Source: Myxococcota bacterium
Lineage (GTDB): Bacteria > Myxococcota_A > Polyangia > Nannocystales > Nannocystaceae
NCBI GenBank assembly: GCA_039194325.1
Contig: JBCCWC010000249.1
Coordinates: 1-19,999 of the forward strand
Length of the DNA stretch: 19,999 nucleotides
Direction: 5' to 3'
The notes under the pieces were generated by a model that did not search any database, was not told the DNA's origin, and saw nothing but the letters and a program-made list of their open reading frames with translations. Positions within the stretch are counted from its first letter, which is position 1, and every line of letters starts with the position of its first letter. Shown here in pieces: positions 7,627 to 15,000 of the stretch. Made by a program: the position numbers and the translations under genes.

Positions 7627-9378
7627 TCAGGGGAGCTGAAGCAGGGGAGTGGCCATGACCTTCTCCACCCACCCGGTACGGGCCGGCCCCGCCGCGGCGG
7701 GCGGAGGAGCCTCGAGCGTCGTCTGTAGCACCCGCGGCACCTGGTAGGGATCGTCGAACTGCTCGACGGTCACCACCGAGAAGGGCACCCCGAGGGCACG
7801 CGCACAGTCGGTCACCGTGCGGCCGCGGTGGTAGGCGACGTTGAGGATCAGCGCCATGGCCGATACGTCGTAGCGGCACTGTTCGAACATCTGCGCCAGC
7901 CGGGTGCCGTCCTCACCGTCCTCGTCACCCACGACGAACACGACGAGCTTGGCCCCCGGAGGGATCCGAACACCCGCACTAGCCAAGGCACTGACGGCCG
8001 CGAGGTGCATGGTGCCACCGCCCGCCTTGACCCCGGACAGCATGTGCTTGACCCCGGCCCGCGAGGTCGCCTTGAGCTGGTGCACCATGCCCATCGTGTC
8101 GAAGCTGGCGATGTGCAGCCGATCGGCGGGGAAGCCGGCGAGGATCCGGCTGAGCGCCTCGACCGACTTGTCCAGAGCGCCCTGCATGGATCCAGACCGG
8201 TCGATCAAGAACATCACGTGGATGTCCTGGCCGTCGCTGGCCTCGTCCACGGCCTTGGCGGCCGCCTTGTCGGCGGACGCTTCGAGCCGCTCGCGGAGCT
8301 CCTTGCTGCGGACGTTCTTGGCGATGTTGATTCCTCGCTGGTCGGTGGCCGCCTCGATGGCGCGCTCCCACGCCTGGCGGATCGACGGCTCGGACATCAG
8401 CCCGAGCTCCTCGAGCGTGGGCGTGAGCCGACGGAGATCCCGAGAGGAGAGCGACGGGAGCAACGCGACCATGATCGCCGGGGTCAGGCCGACGTCCGGC
8501 GGTAGCCGGCCCACGACCTCCGTGTAGCGAAGGCCTCGGGTCACGATGATCTCGCAGATCTCCGCCTCGCTCAGGCCATCGAAGCGCTCGCGCTTCTCCA
8601 ACGTGAGGCCCTCCAGACCCAGGGTTCGGTGGCCGCCAGCGGCCTGCGCCTGCTTCCAGCCCAGCACCGCGAAGAAGCGCTCGGACTTGGGCTTGTAGCG
8701 TACCTTGCGGGCGATCGTCTTGATCGTCTCCTTGTAGCCGGCTCGCACGAGACCTTCGAGCATCGGCGGGTTGTCCTCGCGGATCTCCAGCCACCGAGTG
8801 GCCGCCTTGGCCCAGCGACCGAGCGCGGGCTTGCGCGAGGTGGACGCGGCGAAGCCCGCCGCGCGGTTGAGCTCGGCGACCGGCTCACACTCGAGCAGCT
8901 GAGCGATCCGCAGCACCGCCTTGGGCGTGAGCATACGCGGCGACTTGCGCTCGTAGTGAAGCACCATGGCCTCGCCGATCGCCCGCAGGTCGTCGTCGTA
9001 GAACGCAAGCGTGCCGTCGTCGTCGACCACCGGCTGTCCCGCGCGGGGCTGCACGAGCATCAGCGCGGCACAGGCGACCTTGAGATCTCGCCAGTCCGTC
9101 TGCGTGAGCGCGTAGCTGGCGAAGTGGGCCATCAGATCGTGGTTGAGCTCATGGATCGCCAATAGCCGACCGTAGAGATCCTCGGCGGCGGGCACGAAGA
9201 GCCCCGGAGCGACGAGCCGACCGCGGGTGCGCCGGCCCTTGCGCGGGCTCCACTGGCCGTTGGCCTCCACACCCGGGCGGTTGTGCCACAGGTGCGCGGA
9301 TGCGTTGAGCACGGTGTCGAGCAAGCGCTCGGCGGGACCGAGCTGCTCTCGTGGGAGCGCGGCGACGTCGTTGGTCAC
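7627..9378 (-). CDS. vWA-domain protein with Ro60/Rsr-like (TROVE-like) N-terminal region
   Basis: The start is moved to GTG 9378, with AGGAG 7 nt upstream. The ORF-track extension to 9651 only translates tandem repeats. The C-terminal vWA domain has MIDAS residues (VMFLIDRSGSMQG ... GGGT ... VGDEDGEDG). The N-terminal ~400 aa are helical, with Ro-like stretches (LGRWAKAATRWLE, ARKVRYKPK, LRRLTPTLEELGLM). The TROVE+vWA architecture and the adjacent Y-like RNAs support the call. Confidence 0.6.
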   Translation of the reverse strand: MTNDVAALPREQLGPAERLLDTVLNASAHLWHNRPGVEANGQWSPRKGRRTRGRLVAPGLFVPAAEDLYGRLLAIHELNHDLMAHFASYALTQTDWRDLKVACAALMLVQPRAGQPVVDDDGTLAFYDDDLRAIGEAMVLHYERKSPRMLTPKAVLRIAQLLECEPVAELNRAAGFAASTSRKPALGRWAKAATRWLEIREDNPPMLEGLVRAGYKETIKTIARKVRYKPKSERFFAVLGWKQAQAAGGHRTLGLEGLTLEKRERFDGLSEAEICEIIVTRGLRYTEVVGRLPPDVGLTPAIMVALLPSLSSRDLRRLTPTLEELGLMSEPSIRQAWERAIEAATDQRGINIAKNVRSKELRERLEASADKAAAKAVDEASDGQDIHVMFLIDRSGSMQGALDKSVEALSRILAGFPADRLHIASFDTMGMVHQLKATSRAGVKHMLSGVKAGGGTMHLAAVSALASAGVRIPPGAKLVVFVVGDEDGEDGTRLAQMFEQCRYDVSAMALILNVAYHRGRTVTDCARALGVPFSVVTVEQFDDPYQVPRVLQTTLEAPPPAAAGPARTGWVEKVMATPLLQLP

Positions 9379-9390
9379 GGGACTTCTCCT

Positions 9391-9480
9391 CGTCGATCGG
9401 GGGTGGTCGATCGGGGGTGGTCGATCGGGGGTGGTCGACCGAGATGGTCGACCGAGATGGTCGACCAGAGTGGTCAAGAG
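9391..9480. repeat. About 7 tandem 13-14-nt repeats in the leader of the vWA/Ro-like gene
   Basis: On the plus strand: tcgtcgatcggggg, tggtcgatcggggg x2, tggtcgaccgaga x2, tggtcgaccagag, tggtcaagaggga. In minus (mRNA) sense each unit carries (U)CGACCA(C/U)C. Confidence 0.9.
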
Positions 9481-9653
9481 GGATGAGAATTCAAGATCGG
9501 GACAAGAACCATCAGAGCCCGGCTCGGACCGGAGCGTGGCGAGACGCTCGACGGCCCGAGCCGGGCTCGATCTACCGGACGACCGCCCGCCTCGAATCGG
9601 CAAAGGCAGGCCGCGTCGACCTCGGGCCGAAGCCCGGGCTGTTGATGACAAGG

Positions 9654-9780
9654 AAAAAGTGCGCGCCCGAGTGGTCGAGTCGTAGTGGTTGCTCGTACCT
9701 GAAACGAGTCCAGCGTATTAGGCCGGTGTCAGATGCCTCTGACGGGTGCGTGTAGGACTCGACCGAGAGGGCGCGCGAAG
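9654..9780 (-). ncRNA. Y RNA-like structured RNA 2 (no tRNA-like module)
   Basis: In minus sense it reads CUUC-GCGCGCCC-UCUCGG-UCGAGUC-CUACACGCAC ... GACUCGA-CCACUC-GGGCGCGC-AC-UUUUU. The 8-bp and 7-bp closing helices are perfect. Internal hairpins are GUCAG/CUGAC (9743-9728) and CUCGU-UUCAGGU-ACGAG (9708-9692). It is a paralogue of RNA 1 with compensatory changes. Confidence 0.65.
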
Positions 9781-9831
9781 ATCGTGGGTCGTGCGATGCG
9801 GAGCTTTGGGGATCGACGTGAAAGTTGCTAC

Positions 9832-9995
9832 AAAAAAAGTGCACGCCCGAGTGGACCAATCGTGGGGAAGTATTTCCCTCGATTAATAATCGAGTGCTCT
9901 ACCACTGAGCTATCGCCCCGCGTAGTGGAGCGAGTTGGATTCGAACCAACGACAACTTGAGTGCGTGTAGGATTGAGCCGAGTGGGCGTGCGAAG
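9832..9995 (-). ncRNA. Y RNA-like structured RNA 1 with circularly permuted tRNA-Ala-like module (YrlA-like)
   Basis: In minus sense it reads CUUC-GCACGCCC-ACUCGG-CUCAAUC-CUACACGCAC-UCAAGUUGUC. Then come the T arm GUUGG-UUCGAAU-CCAAC, acceptor 3' strand UCGCUCC, loop ACUACGC and acceptor 5' strand GGGGCGA. Next are UA, the D arm GCUC-AGUGGUA-GAGC, A, hairpin CUCGA-UUAUUAA-UCGAG and hairpin GGGAA-AUAC-UUCCC. It closes with AC-GAUUGGU-CCACUC-GGGCGUGC-AC-UUUUUUU. Confidence 0.7.
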
Positions 9996-10016
9996 GTCAT
10001 GTCGCGTCGAGGGCAT

Positions 10017-10050
10017 GAAAAAAGCCGCCTCGACGCAGTGTCGGGCGGCT
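10017..10050 (-). terminator. Intrinsic-terminator-like hairpin + T6 on the minus strand (orphan)
   Basis: In minus sense: AGCCGCC(C)-12 nt loop-(A)GGCGGCU followed by UUUUUU (plus-strand A-run 10018-10023). No convincing minus-strand gene lies upstream of it. Confidence 0.4.
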
Positions 10051-10376
10051 CCGTGCCTGCCAAGCAGTGCGACGGAACCGCTAGAGGGCGCCCCCCTTCA
10101 TGCGTTGGCCAGCAATGGCCAGGGCATGTGTCGAATTTCGCGTAGAGGAACGCATGGTCGAGACTGGTGTACGACCCAAATTCGAGGTCGTCAAGGAGGA
10201 TTCGACCACTTTTTCTCTGGGTCCGTCATCCAAGGGGCGAGCCCGGGCGCACCGTGGCACGGCCGCGCAGACTGCGTCCCGACCACACGACGGTCGACCA
10301 AGGGTTGATGGTAGGGTCTCATCGCGCCGCGACACCCGGTCGGACCGAGGACCCTGCTGCGGTATCCTGCGCACGG

Positions 10377-12059
10377 ATGGTCCGACCACGAGGATTCGTC
10401 GAGCGTTTCCAGGACAAGCGGTGGAGCTACGAACGGCTGGCCGATCTCGTGCGTCGCTATTTAGCGTGGCAAGTCGAATGCTGGCGACCAAAGAGCGGCC
10501 TGCCGCTGTTACACCTTACTCAGGCTCGGGCAAAAGACCCCAGGTCGTTACAGCGCAACCTCGATCGTGCTCAAAGATACAAAAAAGAGCCGACCTGCCT
10601 CCACGACGTAGGGGACCTAGCGGCGGCCCGCCTGATCTTCTACTTTCGAACCGATCTCGACGAGTTCTGCGAGTATGCAAACACGCAGCTCTCCCGTTGG
10701 TTTGGCGAATCGTCGAAACTAGAGGACATGCGCAGTCCCGGCATGCAGGACAAGGTACGGGAGGTCTTCGGATACGATTCGTACCATCTCGACATCGAGG
10801 TGACGCCCGAGACCGACCTGTTTGACCACCTGCGACCAGAAGACCAAGAGATATTCGAGCAAGATGGCGAGGAGGGCGCGTTTCGGTGCGAGGTACAGCT
10901 ACGTACGATCCTTCAGCATGCGTGGGCGGAGGCCGAGCACGACATCGGGTACAAGGGCGTCCCCTTGGATCCGCGCGAGCGGCGTCTTTGGGGGACGCTC
11001 TCCGCAATGCTAGAGGGTGCCGATCATTTGCTCGGGGAGCGTCTCACCAAGGTATCCAAGGCGGCGGCCCGGAGCAAAGTAGAATCGACCTGGAAGTGGT
11101 CCTACGACGGCGAGAGCTTGCCCGACTCCGTATTCACGCGTAATGATGTCCGCTTCCGCTACGAACTCCTGGACAAGGGGCCCAAAGATCCCACCATCGA
11201 ACGAGCTTGGACGCTGTTCGACCTGAACAAAGCGATGAGAGGAATCATCGACGAGAGTTTCAAGCAGCAAGTGTGGTCCGCCCTCCAAGCCGAGGAGCCG
11301 GAGTTCCTGGCCAGCTTTCGTCACGACAGCACCGTGGCCAGGGTTCAGGGATTCGATAGACACACGCGCGTCATCACGGTGCAACCCGCCCAATACTCGG
11401 ACCAGATGGTGACCAACCACCGCCATGCCGCAAAGCAAGGCATCCCCGGCGACGGAAAGACGGTCGGTGACCTGGCGCGAAGCGAAGATGGAGCACTCCT
11501 CCCGTTCGACACCTCCCCCCTTTCGAACACGATTGGCGTCGCCTGTATGCTGCGTACGGCCGAGCAGTCGTGGGTGGTGACGGTTCGTGGCTATCACGTC
11601 GCGTTCGAGCCAGGGAAGGCTGGCTGCTCAGCCTCTGGCGCCCTAGAATGGGTCGAGCCAGACAGCTGGAACGGTGGAGATCTACGGAGCTGGGTATGTG
11701 AGGGTCTAGCCCAAGAGTTCCACCAAGAGCTTGGTTTCAGACCCATAGTTCAAGAATTCGTATATCTGGGCTTTGCCCGAGAGCTAGACCGGTTCGGGAA
11801 GCCGCAATTCTTCTTCCTGCTCGACAGCAATCTACACCAACGCCAGATTGAAGGCTCGTGGAAGCTGTATGCCGATGAGGGAGCAGCACGTGAGCACTCG
11901 ACGCTGCTGTTCCTTGACCACGGCAAGGCCAAAACGCTGGCGTCGAAGGACTCCAGTGACGTTCGCGATGCGTTGTCGACAACAGCAGGCGGCACGCCTC
12001 CCGAACCGAGCGAGGAGCTCCGAATGAACTTGGCCCTGGCCCTCGATCACCTCTCGTGA
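10377..12059 (+). CDS. RelA/SpoT-homologue (small alarmone synthetase / toxSAS-like nucleotidyltransferase) fused to a degenerate Nudix-like C-terminal domain
   Basis: 560 aa from ATG 10377; upstream ORF-track codons are R/P-rich. The RSH synthetase motifs are DVGDLAAARLIFYF, FGYDSYHLDIEV and FRCEVQLRTILQHAWAEAEHDIGYKG. The C-terminal ~190 aa fit a Nudix-fold pattern (GVACMLRT..WVVTVRGYHVAFEPGKAGCSASGALE ... GLAQEFHQELGF ... FFFLLDS) with a non-canonical Nudix box. Confidence 0.75.
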   Translation: MVRPRGFVERFQDKRWSYERLADLVRRYLAWQVECWRPKSGLPLLHLTQARAKDPRSLQRNLDRAQRYKKEPTCLHDVGDLAAARLIFYFRTDLDEFCEYANTQLSRWFGESSKLEDMRSPGMQDKVREVFGYDSYHLDIEVTPETDLFDHLRPEDQEIFEQDGEEGAFRCEVQLRTILQHAWAEAEHDIGYKGVPLDPRERRLWGTLSAMLEGADHLLGERLTKVSKAAARSKVESTWKWSYDGESLPDSVFTRNDVRFRYELLDKGPKDPTIERAWTLFDLNKAMRGIIDESFKQQVWSALQAEEPEFLASFRHDSTVARVQGFDRHTRVITVQPAQYSDQMVTNHRHAAKQGIPGDGKTVGDLARSEDGALLPFDTSPLSNTIGVACMLRTAEQSWVVTVRGYHVAFEPGKAGCSASGALEWVEPDSWNGGDLRSWVCEGLAQEFHQELGFRPIVQEFVYLGFARELDRFGKPQFFFLLDSNLHQRQIEGSWKLYADEGAAREHSTLLFLDHGKAKTLASKDSSDVRDALSTTAGGTPPEPSEELRMNLALALDHLS

Positions 12060-12090
12060 GCGGGCCACCGAACCACCGAACCAAGCACAC

Positions 12091-15000
12091 TCAGGGGCGC
12101 CCCGAGTCCCCGAGCCAGCGATCGAGCGCCTGAGCTTCATCCACGAAGGCAACGCCGAGGGCCTGGTAGCTTTGTCGAGCCAACATCGCGAGACGGCGAG
12201 CCGCCTTTGGGATCGTCGAGCCCTGGTGCTCACACTCGGCAGACAGCTCGGGATCGCAACGAGCGTAAACGCGAGCCAGCCCGGCCTGGATGCAACCCCG
12301 TAGCGGGTGATCGTCATCGAACGAACCGAGCAAGGACAACCCCTGCTCGAGATCTCGGGCGGCCGCGGCCCAGTCTCCGTGGCGAGCCTGCGCCGTGGCA
12401 CGCAGGCGATACACCGGGGCGAGCACGGGAGTCTCGTAGGAGACCGAGCGACCGATGAGCTCGTGAGCGCGATCTAGAGCCGCGAGCGCATCGCGGTGGG
12501 CACCCGACTCAAGAGCCACCGCCCCGATCCACCGGAAGGTCGAGCCCAGCTCGAACTCGAAATTCAAGCCGTGCTCGAGCAAGGATCGCGCGCGCTCCAA
12601 GGAAGCCGCCGCGTCCGACCAGTGCGCGGAGTCCAGCTCGAACCAAGCGCGCCCCAGGGATCGGTGGGAGATCCCGGTCATGGGCGAGTCCGACCCGTGG
12701 ATCTTTTCGGCCAAGGCCAGGGCTCGACGATGCCGAGCCATGCCTTCCTCGGTTCGACCCAAGCCGATCAGCGCCCGACCGATCGTGTGGTCGAGCCCGA
12801 CGACCAATGCATGCTCGGGGCCAAGCTGATCCTCCACGAGAGCTCGACCACGCTCGGCGAGCTCGAGGGCCCGTGCATGGTCTCGGCGCTCGAGGGCCAG
12901 CTCGGCCAACATGTCCAGATCGGGCACCATGTCCGCCGAGAGCGCTGGCTGTTCCTGGTGCAGAGCAACCGAGCCCTCAAAGATCGTTCGGGCCTCGGTG
13001 TGCCGCCCTTGTTGCCATAACGCCATCCCCAGCGGGTAACGATAGCGAGGGATCAGCGGATGCGCGGGGCCGAGGACCTCTTGCGCGAGCGCCAAGGCCG
13101 AGGTGGCGAGCGTCTCGGCCTTCGACAGATCTCCGACCTCCACGGCCAGGTTCGCCAGGTTGATGCGAACCGCCGACATCGCGAAGCGCCCCCGAAGCCC
13201 CCAGGCCTGGGCATGACCGAGCGCTTCTTCATAGGACTCGAACGCGCGCTCAACATCGCCGCGCCTGACGTAGGCGATGGCCAGGTTGTTGGCCAATAGC
13301 CAGCGTAGGCGCTCGTCGGCGGAGGTCCGCCGCATCAGAGCACGAGCGTGAGCCTCGTCGTCGGCCGTGTGCTCGGGCCGCGCGAGCCAGTTCGCTCGCA
13401 CATAGACCCGCCGGGCCAAGGCCTCGATTGCGATCGGATGATGCCCCGCTCCCACGGCCGCCCAGAGCGCCTCACCGAGCAGAGCATCCGCGCGCTCGGG
13501 CTCCCGCTCCTGTCGCGCCGCTCCCTGCTGTAGAGCGGCTTCGGCAAGTAGAGGCGGGTAGCCGACCGACTCGGCCTGCTCGCGAGCGTCGTCGGCCAAG
13601 GACATGGCACGTTCGTACTGCCCGAGATCCCCCTGCACGCGGGCGCGTGCAAGGAGCCGACGAAGCTCTCCGACCCGAGCGAGCTGCGTCGGATCGTCCG
13701 GCGGCGGCAGATCGGCCGTCAGCGCGTTCAGATCGGCACAGCGCGTCAGTGAAGGCAGACCACCGACCGCCTCAGCGGCGTGAAGCACGACCTGCTCGTC
13801 CGCGCGGACGAGCATGCTCACCAGCGCCTCGAAGCTCGCCATCCGTGACTCGAGGCAGATCGTCCGTAGATCGAACAACGCTCGGCTCTGTAGCCCTCGT
13901 GCATGGGCCCGACAGGCCTCGGTGCTGCCCTCGACCCAGTCTTCGGCGTAGGCATCAAGCGGCGTAGACAGACGAGACCAAGTGTCGGGAGCATAGGGAA
14001 CCCCGCTAGCCAAGACCCCATGGTGTGCGGCCTGACGGCGCTCATCGCCCCAGACCTCGTCGATGATCGCACGGCGTCCCTCACATGGATCCGGGGTGTC
14101 ACCGCCAAGGGCCATGACACCGAGCGAGATCGCGGACACGAGCCCAGCCGCGGTGACTCCTAGCAACCATCGCCGTCGCGCCCGCCCCGGATCGCGCTCG
14201 AGGGCCTCGAGCAGCGCGCTCATCGATGGGAAGCGCTCGCTCGGCTCCTTTGCCAATCCCCGCAGACAGACCGCCTCGAGCCACCGCGGCACGCTCGCGC
14301 CCTCGGGGACATGCACCCAGGACGAGCCCCGCGACCCCTGGGCCATCAGCAGATCGCGTCCACTGCGGCGCGGCAGCTGACCATAGAGCGCCTGATACAG
14401 CGACACGCAAAAGCTGAACTGGTCGGACCCCGAGGTCACAGGCTGGCCGAGCAGCAGCTCGGGCGCCATGTAGGCGGGCGTACCCGCGAGCGAACCGCCC
14501 ACGGTCGTAGCGGCCGCGGTCGTAGCGGCCGTGCGATCGTCAACCCCCGGCACCGAGCTCGGCTCGGTACCCCCGGTGTCGTTGGTGGAACGATTGGGGA
14601 TCGCCAAGCCGAAATCGAGCACCTTCACCGCCCCATCGTCGCCGAGGATGACGTTGTGGGGCTTGAAATCGCGGTGCACGAGACCGGCGGCATGCGCCGC
14701 AGCGAGCCCTTGGCCGGCCTTGCGAAATACCGCCAGCACCTCCGACCACGAACGAGGCGATCCCTCGTGATCGATCCAGCGATCGAGGGATCGCCCGCGC
14801 ACGAACTCCATGGTCAAGAAGACTTGGCCGTCGTGCTCGCCGACCTCGTGGACGACGACGATGTTGGGGTGACAAAGTCGCGCCATCGCGCGCGCCTCCT
14901 CGAGGACCCGTGCGCGCCCGTCGTCGTCGACCGACGAGTGAAGCACTTTGACCGCGACCTTGCGATCGAGGACCTCGTCGTAGGCCGAGAAGACCGTACC

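Noticed and set aside
54-9165. Many long ORFs antisense to or out of frame with the called genes, e.g. 54..1268(+), 1193..1921(-), 1387..2241(-), 2108..2845(-), 3711..4466(-), 4859..5674(-), 5988..6641(+), 7828..8505(+), 7979..8794(-) and 8629..9165(+).
   Set aside because: Their translations are R/P/G/A-rich low-complexity sequence typical of shadow frames in ~70% GC DNA. Each overlaps a gene with recognisable domain motifs.
9379-9651. N-terminal 91-codon extension of the vWA ORF (MSSTARASARG...PPPIDHPRSTRRSP).
   Set aside because: It is simply the translation of the 13-14-nt tandem repeats and GC-rich leader. A GTG with a good AGGAG SD at 9378 begins the protein-like sequence.
9878-9950. 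The tRNA-like pieces as two adjacent decayed tRNA gene fragments (the 3' end of one, the 5' half of another).
   Set aside because: The two acceptor strands are mutually complementary over 7 bp. No matching 5' or 3' partners exist outside the segment. The unit is enclosed by helices that covary with RNA 2. Decay cannot be fully excluded without expression data.
9832-9995. RNA 1 as a two-piece (circularly permuted) tmRNA gene, because of the permuted order and the tRNA-Ala-like G3:U70 acceptor.
   Set aside because: At ~160 nt it is too short for a tag reading frame or pseudoknots. It has CUA instead of CCA. It has a full canonical D arm, which tmRNA lacks. It shares its enclosing helices with the non-tRNA-like paralogue RNA 2.
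10167-10376. 70-codon N-terminal extension of the RelA/SpoT ORF, and the overlapping ORFs 10100..10825(+), 9961..10308(+) and 10081..10491(-).
   Set aside because: These are R/P-rich with no domain signal. Protein-like sequence starts at ATG 10377 (MVRPRGFVERFQDKRWSYERL).
10203-10389. Apparent enrichment of CGACCAC on the plus strand in the RSH leader (10203, 10280, 10295 partial, 10383), as a shared motif with the Y-like RNAs and the leader repeats.
   Set aside because: The same 7-mer also occurs inside coding regions at 5073, 6443, 6813 and 9024. Enrichment therefore cannot be established by eye and needs a proper background model.
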